DNA of 64,000 bases from Escherichia coli (lineage in GTDB: Bacteria > Pseudomonadota > Gammaproteobacteria > Enterobacterales > Enterobacteriaceae): the NCBI RefSeq assembly GCF_003018235.1, contig NZ_CP027437.1, one strand, 5' to 3'. Each line of letters opens with the position of its first letter. The first letter of the stretch is position 1. Below, piece after piece: positions 10,824 to 24,232 of this stretch. The translations under genes were made by a program, and so were the position numbers. The notes below the pieces were generated by a model. That model ran no database searches and was not told where the DNA came from. It saw nothing but the letters and a program-made list of their open reading frames with translations.

Positions 10824-11018
10824 TTTCCACTCCTTGTGGTGGCGAAAAAATATCACAAACTAGAATAGCGCCTTGTATGACAATTCAGCGAGTGAATATT
10901 TTGAAAATTCAGACAATAAACTGAGCATTCTTTTTCTCTCTCCATCATGCTTATGGCAAACTACGGTTTTTGCACCATTTTCGCTGCCACGTCGGGCAAC
11001 AAAGGAAGAAAAATCCAT

Positions 11019-13316
11019 ATGAAATGGCTATGTTCAGTAGGAATCGCGGTGAGTCTGGCCCTGCAGCCAGCACTGGCGGATGATTTATTCGGTAACCATC
11101 CATTAACGCCTGAAGCGCGGGATGCGTTCGTCACCGAACTGCTTAAGAAAATGACAGTTGATGAGAAAATTGGTCAGCTGCGCTTAATCAGCGTCGGCCC
11201 GGATAACCCGAAAGAGGCGATCCGCGAGATGATCAAAGACGGTCAGGTTGGGGCGATTTTCAACACCGTAACCCGTCAGGATATCCGCGCCATGCAGGAT
11301 CAGGTGATGGAATTAAGCCGCCTGAAAATTCCTCTTTTCTTTGCTTACGACGTGCTGCACGGTCAGCGCACGGTGTTCCCGATTAGCCTCGGTCTGGCCT
11401 CGTCTTTTAACCTCGATGCAGTAAAAACGGTCGGACGTGTCTCTGCTTATGAAGCGGCAGATGATGGCCTGAATATGACCTGGGCACCGATGGTCGATGT
11501 CTCGCGCGATCCGCGCTGGGGACGTGCTTCCGAAGGTTTTGGCGAAGATACGTATCTCACCTCAATAATGGGTAAAACCATGGTGGACGCGATGCAGGGT
11601 AAAAGCCCGGCAGATCGCTACTCGGTGATGACCAGCGTCAAACACTTTGCCGCATACGGTGCGGTAGAAGGCGGTAAAGAGTACAACACCGTCGATATGA
11701 GTCCGCAGCGCCTGTTTAATGATTATATGCCGCCGTACAAAGCGGGGCTGGACGCAGGCAGCGGCGCGGTGATGGTGGCGCTGAACTCGCTGAACGGCAC
11801 GCCAGCCACCTCCGATTCCTGGCTGCTGAAAGATGTTCTGCGCGACCAGTGGGGCTTTAAAGGCATCACCGTTTCCGATCACGGTGCAATCAAAGAGCTG
11901 ATTAAACATGGCACGGCGGCAGACCCGGAAGATGCGGTGCGCGTGGCGCTGAAATCCGGAATCAACATGAGTATGAGCGACGAGTACTACTCGAAGTATC
12001 TGCCTGGGTTGATTAAATCCGGTAAAGTGACGATGGCAGAGCTGGACGATGCTGCCCGCCATGTACTGAACGTTAAATATGATATGGGGTTGTTTAACGA
12101 CCCATACAGCCATCTCGGTCCGAAAGAGTCTGACCCGGTGGATACCAATGCCGAAAGCCGCTTGCACCGCAAAGAAGCGCGTGAAGTGGCGCGTGAAAGC
12201 CTGGTGTTGCTGAAAAACCGTCTCGAAACGTTACCGCTGAAAAAATCCGCAACCATTGCGGTGGTTGGCCCGCTGGCAGACAGCAAGCGTGACGTGATGG
12301 GAAGCTGGTCGGCGGCAGGTGTTGCAGATCAATCCGTGACCGTGCTGACCGGGATTAAAAATGCCGTCGGTGAAAACGGTAAAGTGCTGTACGCCAAAGG
12401 GGCGAACGTCACCAGTGACAAAGGCATTATCGATTTCCTGAATCAGTATGAAGAAGCGGTCAAAGTCGATCCGCGTTCGCCGCAAGAGATGATTGATGAA
12501 GCGGTGCAGACGGCGAAACAATCTGATGTGGTGGTGGCTGTAGTCGGTGAAGCACAGGGGATGGCGCACGAGGCCTCCAGCCGTACCGATATTACTATTC
12601 CGCAAAGTCAACGTGACTTGATTGCGGCGCTGAAAGCCACCGGTAAACCGCTGGTGCTGGTGCTGATGAACGGGCGTCCGCTGGCGCTGGTGAAAGAAGA
12701 TCAGCAGGCTGATGCGATTCTGGAAACCTGGTTTGCGGGGACTGAAGGCGGTAATGCAATTGCCGATGTATTGTTTGGCGATTACAACCCGTCCGGCAAG
12801 CTGCCGATGTCCTTCCCGCGTTCTGTCGGGCAGATCCCGGTGTACTACAGCCATCTGAACACCGGTCGTCCGTATAATGCCGACAAGCCGAACAAATACA
12901 CTTCGCGTTATTTTGATGAAGCTAACGGGGCGCTTTATCCGTTCGGCTATGGTCTGAGCTATACCACTTTCACCGTCTCTGATGTGAAACTTTCTGCGCC
13001 GACCATGAAGCGTGACGGCAAAGTGACGGCCAGCGTGCAGGTGACGAACACCGGTAAACGCGAAGGGGCCGCGGTAGTGCAGATGTACTTGCAGGATGTG
13101 ACGGCTTCCATGAGCCGTCCAGTGAAGCAGCTGAAAGGCTTTGAGAAAATCACCCTGAAGCCGGGCGAAACTCAGACCGTCAGCTTCCCGATTGATATCG
13201 AGGCGCTGAAGTTCTGGAATCAACAGATGAAATATGACGCCGAGCCTGGCAAGTTCAATGTCTTTATCGGCACTGATTCCGCACGCGTTAAGAAAGGCGA
13301 GTTTGAGTTGCTGTAA
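11019..13316 (+). CDS. bglX: Periplasmic beta-glucosidase (glycoside hydrolase family 3)
   Basis: ORF 10947..13316; start at ATG 11019 (MKWLCSVGIAVSLALQPALA signal peptide), 765 aa. Confidence 0.95.
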   Translation: MKWLCSVGIAVSLALQPALADDLFGNHPLTPEARDAFVTELLKKMTVDEKIGQLRLISVGPDNPKEAIREMIKDGQVGAIFNTVTRQDIRAMQDQVMELSRLKIPLFFAYDVLHGQRTVFPISLGLASSFNLDAVKTVGRVSAYEAADDGLNMTWAPMVDVSRDPRWGRASEGFGEDTYLTSIMGKTMVDAMQGKSPADRYSVMTSVKHFAAYGAVEGGKEYNTVDMSPQRLFNDYMPPYKAGLDAGSGAVMVALNSLNGTPATSDSWLLKDVLRDQWGFKGITVSDHGAIKELIKHGTAADPEDAVRVALKSGINMSMSDEYYSKYLPGLIKSGKVTMAELDDAARHVLNVKYDMGLFNDPYSHLGPKESDPVDTNAESRLHRKEAREVARESLVLLKNRLETLPLKKSATIAVVGPLADSKRDVMGSWSAAGVADQSVTVLTGIKNAVGENGKVLYAKGANVTSDKGIIDFLNQYEEAVKVDPRSPQEMIDEAVQTAKQSDVVVAVVGEAQGMAHEASSRTDITIPQSQRDLIAALKATGKPLVLVLMNGRPLALVKEDQQADAILETWFAGTEGGNAIADVLFGDYNPSGKLPMSFPRSVGQIPVYYSHLNTGRPYNADKPNKYTSRYFDEANGALYPFGYGLSYTTFTVSDVKLSAPTMKRDGKVTASVQVTNTGKREGAAVVQMYLQDVTASMSRPVKQLKGFEKITLKPGETQTVSFPIDIEALKFWNQQMKYDAEPGKFNVFIGTDSARVKKGEFELL

Positions 13317-13325
13317 TGCTTTAGC

Positions 13326-13353
13326 AAGGGCGCGACGTTTGCGCCCTTTGCCT
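13326..13353 (+). terminator. Terminator-like hairpin after bglX (gcaagggcgcgacgtttgcgccctttgc)
   Basis: Seen in sequence. Confidence 0.5.
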
Positions 13354-13390
13354 GATGTTCATATCTTAACTTGCTGAATTTTCGCCCTTT

Positions 13391-13425
13391 GTAGGCCGGA
13401 TAAGGCGCTCGCGCCGCATCCGGCA
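13391..13425. repeat. REP element (gtaggccggataaggcgctcgcgccgcatccggca)
   Basis: Canonical REP motif read from sequence. Confidence 0.6.
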
Positions 13426-13567
13426 GGAAACGCCGGACCAAATATGCCTCTTAAGTATTTATCTGATTCTGCAACTGAATCCGTCCGCTCAGGCTAATCC
13501 CGCCATTATCAACTATTCTTTTCTCTTAATTCGCTGAAAACAACAGTAAAAGAATGAGGAAAGCATC

Positions 13568-14485
13568 ATGCCACTCTCAAAGGTCTGGGCAGGTTCACTG
13601 GTTTTGTTGGCAGCCGTGAGCCTGCCGCTGCACGCGGCTTCCCCCGTTAAAGTCGGTTCAAAAATCGATACCGAAGGCGCGCTGCTCGGCAATATCATTT
13701 TGCAAGTACTGGAAAGCCACGGCGTACCGACGGTCAATAAAGTGCAACTCGGAACGACTCCTGTGGTGCGCGGGGCGATTACTTCCGGTGAACTGGATAT
13801 CTATCCGGAATATACCGGTAATGGCGCTTTCTTCTTTAAAGATGAGAACGATGCGGCATGGAAAAACGCGCAGCAAGGTTACGAGAAAGTCAAAAAACTC
13901 GATGCAGAGCAAAACAAGTTAATCTGGCTGACGCCCGCACCAGCGAATAACACCTGGACCATCGCCGTGCGTCAGGATGTGGCAGAGAAAAACAAACTCA
14001 CTTCGCTTGCTGACCTGAGTCGTTATCTGAAAGAGGGCGGCACCTTCAAACTGGCAGCCTCGGCAGAGTTTATCGAACGCGCCGATGCCTTACCCGCGTT
14101 TGAAAAAGCCTATGGCTTTAAGCTCGGTCAGGATCAGTTGCTGTCACTGGCTGGTGGCGACACGGCGGTGACGATCAAAGCCGCTGCCCAGCAAACCTCT
14201 GGCGTTAATGCCGCAATGGCTTACGGCACCGACGGCCCGGTCGCGGCGCTGGGGCTACAAACCTTAAGCGATCCGCAAGGCGTGCAACCTATCTACGCGC
14301 CTGCGCCAGTGGTGCGTGAGCCGGTGTTGAAAGAGTATCCGCAAATGGCACAGTGGCTACAGCCAGTCTTCGCCAGCCTCGATGCAAAAACATTGCAGCA
14401 ACTGAATGCCAGCATTGCAGTGGAAGGACTGGATGCCAAAAAAGTGGCTGCCGACTACCTGAAACAAAAAGGGTGGACGAAGTAA
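13568..14485 (+). CDS. osmF: Periplasmic substrate-binding protein of the osmoprotectant (glycine betaine family) ABC transporter
   Basis: ORF track 13568..14485, 305 aa with signal peptide; first gene of a four-gene ABC transporter operon. Confidence 0.92.
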   Translation: MPLSKVWAGSLVLLAAVSLPLHAASPVKVGSKIDTEGALLGNIILQVLESHGVPTVNKVQLGTTPVVRGAITSGELDIYPEYTGNGAFFFKDENDAAWKNAQQGYEKVKKLDAEQNKLIWLTPAPANNTWTIAVRQDVAEKNKLTSLADLSRYLKEGGTFKLAASAEFIERADALPAFEKAYGFKLGQDQLLSLAGGDTAVTIKAAAQQTSGVNAAMAYGTDGPVAALGLQTLSDPQGVQPIYAPAPVVREPVLKEYPQMAQWLQPVFASLDAKTLQQLNASIAVEGLDAKKVAADYLKQKGWTK

Positions 14486-14491
14486 TTTCCC

Positions 14492-15649
14492 GTGACTTAT
14501 CTACGTATTAATCCTGTTCTGGCGCTGCTGCTGTTGCTGACGGCAATCGCAGCAGCGCTGCCGTTTATCAGCTACGCGCCTAATCGTTTAGTCTCGGGTG
14601 AAGGGCGACATCTCTGGCAGCTGTGGCCGCAAACGATCTGGATGCTGGTGGGCTTTGGTTGCGCCTGGCTGACAGCCTGTTTTATTCCCGCTAAAAAAGG
14701 CAGCATTTTTGCACTCATTCTGGCGCAATTCGTCTTCGTATTGCTGGTGTGGGGAGCTGGAAAGGCGGCGACCCAACTGGCGCAAAATGGCAGTTCGCTG
14801 GCGCGTACCAGCCTCGGCAGTGGTTTCTGGCTGGCTGCGGCGCTGGCATTGCTGGCCTGTAGCGATGCCATCCGCCGAATCTCCACGCATCCGCTGTGGC
14901 GCTGGTTGTTGCATATGCAGATTGCCATTATTCCGCTGTGGTTGCTGTACTCCGGCACGCTTAACGATCTCTCACTAATGAAAGAATACGCCAACCGTCA
15001 GGATGTGTTTGACGACGCGCTGGCACAACATCTGACGTTGCTGTTTGGTGCGGTGCTGCCTGCGTTAGTGATTGGTGTGCCGTTGGGCATCTGGTGCTAC
15101 TTTTCCACCGCGCGGCAGGGGGCGATTTTTTCTCTGCTCAATGTCATTCAGACCGTGCCTTCGGTGGCGCTCTTTGGCCTGCTGATTGCGCCGCTTGCCG
15201 GACTGGTTACGGCCTTTCCGTGGCTGGGGAAGCTTGGCATAGCAGGAACCGGAATGACACCCGCACTGATTGCGCTGGTGCTCTATGCCTTGCTGCCGCT
15301 GGTGCGCGGCGTGGTAGTCGGCTTGAACCAGATCCCGCGCGATGTGCTGGAGAGCGCCAGAGCGATGGGCATGAGCGGGGCGCAGCGTTTCCTGCATGTT
15401 CAGTTACCGCTGGCGTTACCGGTATTTCTGCGCAGCCTGCGGGTGGTGATGGTGCAAACTGTAGGCATGGCGGTGATTGCGGCGTTAATCGGCGCAGGCG
15501 GTTTTGGTGCGCTGGTTTTCCAGGGGCTGCTAAGCAGCGCCATTGATTTAGTGTTGCTGGGGGTGATCCCGGTAATTGTTCTGGCGGTGCTGATCGATGC
15601 GCTGTTCGATTTACTTATCGCACTGTTGAAGGTGAAACGTAATGATTGA
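14492..15649 (+). CDS. yehY: ABC transporter permease
   Basis: ORF track; polytopic membrane protein with ABC permease signature region. Confidence 0.92.
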   Translation: MTYLRINPVLALLLLLTAIAAALPFISYAPNRLVSGEGRHLWQLWPQTIWMLVGFGCAWLTACFIPAKKGSIFALILAQFVFVLLVWGAGKAATQLAQNGSSLARTSLGSGFWLAAALALLACSDAIRRISTHPLWRWLLHMQIAIIPLWLLYSGTLNDLSLMKEYANRQDVFDDALAQHLTLLFGAVLPALVIGVPLGIWCYFSTARQGAIFSLLNVIQTVPSVALFGLLIAPLAGLVTAFPWLGKLGIAGTGMTPALIALVLYALLPLVRGVVVGLNQIPRDVLESARAMGMSGAQRFLHVQLPLALPVFLRSLRVVMVQTVGMAVIAALIGAGGFGALVFQGLLSSAIDLVLLGVIPVIVLAVLIDALFDLLIALLKVKRND

Positions 15650-16568
15650 ATTTAGCCATGTCAGCAAACTGTTCGGCGCACAAAAAGCCGTTAACGATCT
15701 CAATCTCAATTTTCAGGAAGGGAGTTTTTCGGTGCTGATTGGCACATCTGGCTCCGGCAAATCCACCACCCTGAAAATGATTAACCGCCTGGTGGAACAT
15801 GACAGCGGAGAGATCCGCTTTGCCGGAGAAGAAATTCGCTCGCTGCCAGTACTGGAGTTGCGCCGCCGTATGGGCTATGCCATTCAATCTATTGGCCTGT
15901 TTCCCCACTGGAGCGTGGCACAAAACATTGCCACCGTGCCGCAATTACAAAAATGGTCGCGGGCGAGGATTGACGATCGTATCGACGAATTAATGGCGCT
16001 ACTGGGGCTGGAGTCAAATTTGCGTGAGCGTTATCCGCATCAGCTTTCCGGTGGTCAGCAGCAACGTGTGGGAGTGGCGCGCGCACTGGCTGCCGATCCG
16101 CAAGTCTTACTGATGGATGAACCTTTTGGCGCACTGGACCCGGTAACGCGCGGCGCGTTGCAACAAGAGATGACGCGCATTCACCGTTTGCTGGGGCGTA
16201 CCATTGTGCTGGTCACTCATGATATTGATGAGGCGCTACGGCTGGCAGAACATCTGGTATTGATGGATCACGGTGAAGTGGTGCAGCAGGGCAATCCGCT
16301 GACGATGCTGACTCGTCCGGCGAATGATTTTGTCCGCCAGTTTTTTGGACGTAGTGAACTGGGTGTGCGCCTGCTTTCGTTACGTAGTGTGGCGGATTAT
16401 GTGCGTCGCGAAGAACGGGCAGAAGGTGAGGCGCTGGTAGAAGAGATGACGCTACGCGATGCGCTCTCCCTGTTTGTTGCGCGGGGATGTGAAGTGCTGC
16501 CGGTGGTGAACACGCAGGGCCAGCCTTGCGGCACGCTGCATTTTCAGGATCTGCTGGAGGAGGCGTAA
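15642..16568 (+). CDS. yehX: ABC transporter ATP-binding protein
   Basis: Walker [10 protein letters not shown], signature LSGGQQQR, Walker B LLMDEP; overlaps the yehY stop. Confidence 0.93.
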   Translation: MIEFSHVSKLFGAQKAVNDLNLNFQEGSFSVLIGTSGSGKSTTLKMINRLVEHDSGEIRFAGEEIRSLPVLELRRRMGYAIQSIGLFPHWSVAQNIATVPQLQKWSRARIDDRIDELMALLGLESNLRERYPHQLSGGQQQRVGVARALAADPQVLLMDEPFGALDPVTRGALQQEMTRIHRLLGRTIVLVTHDIDEALRLAEHLVLMDHGEVVQQGNPLTMLTRPANDFVRQFFGRSELGVRLLSLRSVADYVRREERAEGEALVEEMTLRDALSLFVARGCEVLPVVNTQGQPCGTLHFQDLLEEA

Positions 16569-16572
16569 GCGT

Positions 16573-17304
16573 ATGAAGATGTTGCGCGATCCGCTGTTCT
16601 GGCTCATTGCTTTGTTTGTGGCACTGATTTTCTGGCTGCCTTACAGCCAGCCGCTGTTTGCTGCCTTGTACCCACAACTGCCACGACCCGTTTATCAGCA
16701 AGAAAGTTTTGCAGCTCTGGCACTGGCTCATTTCTGGCTGGTGGGAATTTCGAGTTTGTTTGCGGTGATCATTGGTACTGGTGCCGGAATTGCTGTCACT
16801 CGCCCGTGGGGCGCGGAATTTCGCCCACTGGTGGAAACTATTGCCGCCGTTGGACAGACTTTTCCGCCCGTCGCGGTGCTGGCGATCGCCGTTCCGGTGA
16901 TCGGGTTTGGTCTGCAACCAGCGATTATCGCCTTGATCCTTTACGGTGTGCTGCCCGTCCTGCAGGCGACACTTGCCGGGCTGGGAGCGATTGATGCCAG
17001 CGTGACAGAAGTTGCGAAAGGTATGGGAATGAGTCGTGGTCAGCGACTGCGTAAGGTCGAGCTACCGCTGGCGGCTCCGGTGATTCTGGCGGGCGTGCGA
17101 ACTTCGGTGATTATCAACATTGGTACGGCGACGATCGCCTCAACGGTAGGGGCCAGCACGCTGGGTACGCCCATCATCATCGGGCTTAGCGGATTTAATA
17201 CCGCGTATGTGATCCAGGGGGCGTTACTGGTGGCACTGGCGGCGATCATCGCAGACCGCCTGTTTGAAAGGCTGGTGCAGGCGCTTAGCCAGCACGCAAA
17301 ATAA
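16573..17304 (+). CDS. yehW: ABC transporter permease
   Basis: ORF track 16573..17304; membrane permease. Confidence 0.92.
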
Positions 17305-17392
17305 AGGTATAACCTGCGAGCATGACGCCACCAATTCCGCCTAACGCCATAAACAGGAACAGGGCGATGACCCCAATTTTAGCTATGCGCAT
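17285..17392 (-). CDS. yohO: Small membrane peptide YohO (35 aa, [35 protein letters not shown])
   Basis: Hand-translated from the minus strand; the 3' end overlaps the last 20 nt of convergent yehW; below the ORF-track cutoff. Confidence 0.8.
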
Positions 17393-17451
17393 AATGCACT
17401 CCTTATGTTAACGAAAGGATTGTACAGTAAAGCGCATTTGTTAACGAATCA

Positions 17452-18183
17452 TTAAATGCCGAGTGGGAAAATATCATAGCCTTGTTCTTGCCAACTGGTG
17501 AGTTGCTGTTGTTGGGCGGAGGTTCGATTTTCACCGCACCACACCAGCAATGTACGGCCTTCGAACAGTTCAGGGCGTAGTTGATTGAGCGAGTGGGCGA
17601 GGACATCAATGCGCCATCCTTGTTGACTGGCAATCCAGCCCTCCAGCCACAGACGGGTGGTATCGTGAATATTCCAGCCAACCACCAGCGCATCTTTACC
17701 CTGTTTTTTACGTGCCGAAGCCAGACAGATGGCGATGTAGTTGATCAGTACGCCGTCGAGGATCGCCAGCAGCGCCTGGAGAGTCGGTTGTTGGCACTGA
17801 AGCCGTCGGCGCAGAGGAATAAACAGATGCGTGGTGAGCGTCTGGGCGGGGTAATCCTGACCGCGCTCTTTGATCCACGTTCGCAGGCTATGCAGATTGC
17901 CGCTTTGCAAGTAAGTCAGTAATGTTTCTTGCTGATCGCGCCAGCCGTTCTGCACATCAACATTTTCATTACTGAGCAGCATTTTAACTTTGCTGACCTG
18001 CACGCCGTTGTCGATCCAGCGTTTGATCTCGCGGATCCGGTCAATATCGGCATCGTTGAACAGCCGATGACCGCCGTCTGTCCGTTGCGGTTTCAGCAAT
18101 CCGTAACGCCTCTGCCACGCGCGTAACGTGACAGGGTTAATATCACAAAGCAACGCCACTTCACCAATTGTGTAAAGCGCCAT
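17452..18183 (-). CDS. mlrA: MerR-family transcriptional regulator
   Basis: ORF track; N-terminal MerR helix-turn-helix (MALYTIGEVALLCDINPVTLRAWQRRYGLL). Confidence 0.92.
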   Translation of the reverse strand: MALYTIGEVALLCDINPVTLRAWQRRYGLLKPQRTDGGHRLFNDADIDRIREIKRWIDNGVQVSKVKMLLSNENVDVQNGWRDQQETLLTYLQSGNLHSLRTWIKERGQDYPAQTLTTHLFIPLRRRLQCQQPTLQALLAILDGVLINYIAICLASARKKQGKDALVVGWNIHDTTRLWLEGWIASQQGWRIDVLAHSLNQLRPELFEGRTLLVWCGENRTSAQQQQLTSWQEQGYDIFPLGI

Positions 18184-18404
18184 CGTCTCACCCTTGCTCG
18201 CGAGGTCCCGGTTTAACTTTAGACGCAGTTTTGCGAACCAGGTAGTTTTGCCCGTTTTTTGTGCATTTATAGGGTGATTTTATTTTTGCCAGGCGATTTT
18301 GAGTGATCGTACTCACGAATTCTCATTTTTCTGCAAGAGTTCAAAGAAAGTTAAACGCAGGCAATGTATGTTACGCGTTTTAAAGGGAAGTGTGGTTTGC
18401 GGGT

Positions 18405-20090
18405 ATGTACGATTTTAATCTGGTGTTGCTGCTGCTTCAGCAGATGTGCGTTTTTTTAGTCATTGCGTGGTTAATGAGTAAAACGCCATTATTCATACCG
18501 TTAATGCAGGTCACGGTTCGTCTGCCGCATAAATTTCTCTGCTACATCGTCTTTTCCATCTTCTGCATCATGGGCACCTGGTTTGGGTTGCACATTGACG
18601 ATTCTATTGCCAATACCCGTGCGATAGGCGCGGTAATGGGCGGCTTACTCGGCGGTCCGGTCGTCGGTGGGCTGGTTGGCCTGACCGGCGGGTTACATCG
18701 ATATTCGATGGGGGGCATGACCGCGCTAAGTTGCATGATCTCGACCATCGTTGAAGGATTGCTCGGCGGCCTGGTACACAGCATCCTGATCCGTCGCGGG
18801 CGCACTGATAAAGTCTTTAACCCCATTACCGCTGGTGCCGTCACGTTCGTCGCTGAAATGGTGCAAATGCTGATCATCCTGGCGATCGCCCGACCTTATG
18901 AAGATGCGGTGCGTCTGGTGAGTAATATTGCTGCGCCAATGATGGTCACCAATACCGTCGGCGCGGCGCTGTTTATGCGTATATTGCTCGATAAACGCGC
19001 GATGTTTGAAAAATACACTTCAGCTTTTTCTGCCACTGCGCTGAAAGTGGCGGCCTCGACGGAAGGCATTTTGCGCCAGGGATTTAACGAAGTGAACAGC
19101 ATGAAAGTGGCACAGGTGCTGTATCAGGAGCTGGATATTGGTGCAGTCGCGATTACCGATCGAGAGAAATTGCTGGCCTTTACCGGAATTGGTGACGACC
19201 ACCATTTACCCGGCAAACCGATTTCTTCGACTTACACCTTAAAAGCGATTGAAACCGGTGAAGTGGTCTACGCTGATGGCAACGAAGTACCTTATCGTTG
19301 CTCTTTGCATCCGCAATGCAAACTGGGGTCGACGCTGGTAATTCCGTTGCGTGGTGAAAATCAGCGGGTGATGGGCACCATCAAATTGTATGAAGCCAAA
19401 AACCGTTTATTTAGTTCAATCAACCGCACGCTGGGCGAGGGGATTGCGCAACTGCTTTCGGCGCAGATCCTCGCCGGGCAATATGAGCGGCAAAAAGCGA
19501 TGCTCACCCAGTCAGAGATCAAACTGCTTCACGCCCAGGTGAACCCCCATTTTTTGTTTAATGCGCTTAACACCATTAAAGCGGTGATCCGTCGCGACAG
19601 CGAACAGGCCAGCCAGCTGGTGCAGTATCTTTCCACTTTTTTCCGCAAAAACTTAAAGCGGCCTTCGGAGTTTGTTACTCTCGCCGACGAAATTGAACAT
19701 GTGAATGCTTATCTGCAAATTGAAAAGGCGCGCTTCCAGTCGCGGTTGCAGGTCAACATTGCTATTCCGCAAGAATTATCCCAGCAGCAATTGCCCGCGT
19801 TTACCCTGCAACCGATAGTGGAAAACGCCATTAAACATGGGACATCACAACTGCTGGATACAGGGCGAGTGGCAATCAGCGCCCGACGTGAGGGGCAACA
19901 TTTGATGCTGGAGATCGAAGACAATGCCGGTTTGTATCAACCGGTAACCAATGCCAGTGGGCTGGGGATGAATCTGGTGGATAAGCGTTTACGTGAACGG
20001 TTTGGCGATGACTATGGGATAAGCGTCGCCTGTGAGCCTGATAGTTACACCCGAATAACGTTACGACTACCATGGAGGGACGAGGCATGA
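18405..20090 (+). CDS. btsS: LytS-type sensor histidine kinase (5TM Lyt domain, GAF, HisKA_3, HATPase)
   Basis: ORF 18390..20090; start at ATG 18405 ([13 protein letters not shown]); NPHFLFN histidine motif. Confidence 0.92.
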
Positions 20091-20806
20091 TTAAAGTCTT
20101 AATTGTCGATGATGAACCGTTAGCACGGGAGAACCTGCGCGTATTTTTGCAGGAGCAGAGCGATATTGAAATCGTTGGTGAGTGTTCAAACGCCGTGGAA
20201 GGAATCGGCGCGGTGCATAAACTGCGCCCGGATGTGCTGTTTCTCGATATCCAGATGCCGCGCATCAGTGGTCTGGAAATGGTGGGGATGCTCGACCCGG
20301 AACATCGTCCGTATATTGTTTTTCTCACCGCGTTTGACGAATACGCTATTAAAGCCTTTGAAGAACATGCCTTTGACTATCTGCTGAAGCCAATTGATGA
20401 AGCGCGACTGGAGAAAACGCTGGCGCGTTTGCGTCAGGAACGCAGCAAGCAGGATGTTTCGCTGTTACCGGAAAATCAACAGGCGCTGAAATTTATCCCT
20501 TGTACGGGGCATAGTCGGATTTATTTGCTGCAAATGAAAGATGTGGCATTTGTAAGCAGTCGGATGAGCGGTGTCTACGTTACCAGCCACGAAGGGAAAG
20601 AGGGCTTTACCGAATTGACATTACGTACCCTGGAAAGTCGTACACCACTACTGCGCTGCCATCGTCAGTATCTGGTTAACCTCGCGCATTTACAGGAGAT
20701 TCGTCTGGAAGATAACGGTCAGGCCGAGTTGATTTTGCGTAATGGCTTAACCGTGCCGGTCAGCCGCCGTTATCTGAAAAGCTTAAAAGAGGCGATTGGC
20801 CTGTAA
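20087..20806 (+). CDS. btsR: LytTR-family response regulator
   Basis: ORF 20072..20806; start ATG 20087 overlaps the btsS stop (ATGA); receiver domain ([14 protein letters not shown]). Confidence 0.92.
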
Positions 20807-20852
20807 AAGACTGCTAAAATGGCTTTTTGCCTCATCAACACCTGAAGGCCTC

Positions 20853-21323
20853 ATGCTAAGTAACGATATTCTGCGCAGCGTGCGCTACATTTTGAAAGCC
20901 AATAATAATGACCTGGTGCGTATTCTGGCGCTGGGTAATGTCGAAGCCACTGCGGAACAGATCGCCGTCTGGCTACGTAAAGAAGACGAAGAGGGTTTTC
21001 AGCGTTGTCCGGACATTGTTTTGTCGTCATTCCTCAATGGCCTGATTTATGAAAAACGCGGCAAGGATGAGTCTGCTCCGGCACTGGAGCCGGAACGTCG
21101 CATTAATAACAACATCGTGCTGAAAAAATTACGCATCGCGTTTTCGCTGAAAACCGATGACATTCTGGCGATCCTCACCGAACAGCAGTTCCGCGTTTCG
21201 ATGCCGGAAATTACGGCGATGATGCGTGCACCGGATCATAAAAACTTCCGCGAATGCGGCGATCAATTTTTACGTTATTTTCTGCGTGGACTGGCAGCGC
21301 GCCAGCATGTGAAGAAAAGCTAA
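20853..21323 (+). CDS. yehS: DUF1456-family protein
   Basis: ORF 20796..21323; start at ATG 20853 (MLSNDILRSVRYILKAN), 156 aa. Confidence 0.88.
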   Translation: MLSNDILRSVRYILKANNNDLVRILALGNVEATAEQIAVWLRKEDEEGFQRCPDIVLSSFLNGLIYEKRGKDESAPALEPERRINNNIVLKKLRIAFSLKTDDILAILTEQQFRVSMPEITAMMRAPDHKNFRECGDQFLRYFLRGLAARQHVKKS

Positions 21324-21332
21324 GACGGGTAT

Positions 21333-21357
21333 GGCGGCCATGCGAAACATGGCCGCC
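21333..21357. terminator. Perfect 10-bp hairpin (ggcggccatg-cgaaa-catggccgcc) between convergent yehS and yehR; no strong T-run
   Basis: Seen in sequence. Confidence 0.4.
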
Positions 21358-21363
21358 GACAGA

Positions 21364-21825
21364 TTATTTCACTTCTTTAAAACCAGCGGCTTTCATCACC
21401 TGTTCCATTTGCGCCATAGTGATACCTTTTTTGGCATCTTCAGCAGAAACGTTGATTCCTGAAATACCCTGCAGGGCTTTAAAATCCACTTTTTCCATAT
21501 CGATAGTCACGTTTTCCTGCGCGTAGGTATCGGTATAGGTTAATTTTTCTTCAACACCCGCGATGTTTTTGTATTTGGCGCTTAACGGCTCAAGTGTCTT
21601 GGCAGCATCTTCTTTGGTGGTTGCACCAATGGAGGCAAATTGAATTTTGGTTTCAGAAGATTGCTTAAGCACCTTGTCACCTTTGTAGACATAGGTAATG
21701 GCAATTTCAGTGCCGTTCAGATTGGCGCTGAATTTCTTCGATTCTTCTTTGTCACCGCAGCCAGCAAGAGAGAAAACCAGAACAGATGCAACAACAAGGG
21801 AAAACAGCTTATTGAAAGCCTTCAT
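21364..21825 (-). CDS. yehR: Lipoprotein (DUF1307 family)
   Basis: ORF 21364..21837; start at MKAFNKLFSLVVASVLVFSLAGC (lipobox LAGC). Confidence 0.9.
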   Translation of the reverse strand: MKAFNKLFSLVVASVLVFSLAGCGDKEESKKFSANLNGTEIAITYVYKGDKVLKQSSETKIQFASIGATTKEDAAKTLEPLSAKYKNIAGVEEKLTYTDTYAQENVTIDMEKVDFKALQGISGINVSAEDAKKGITMAQMEQVMKAAGFKEVK

Positions 21826-21949
21826 GTAAAACTCCATTTTATTTAATCAAGGAACTGGTGACTCTCACCAGGGGCTATATAGGATATGCCTAATACCGTG
21901 GCGTGAGCAGTCCGGAACTGGAGTAGAACTCTTAGTAAAAAGCACTATT

Positions 21950-24232
<2,283 letters not shown>

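Noticed and set aside
11562-13223. Long antisense ORFs inside bglX (11562..12167, 12231..13223)
   Set aside because: Shadow ORFs on the opposite strand of a well-supported gene; no independent start signals.
14572-16917. Antisense and alternate-frame ORFs within osmF-yehYXW (e.g. 16213..16917, 15094..15546)
   Set aside because: They overlap confidently assigned transporter genes and have biased Arg/Pro/Ala-rich translations typical of out-of-frame reads through GC-rich coding DNA.
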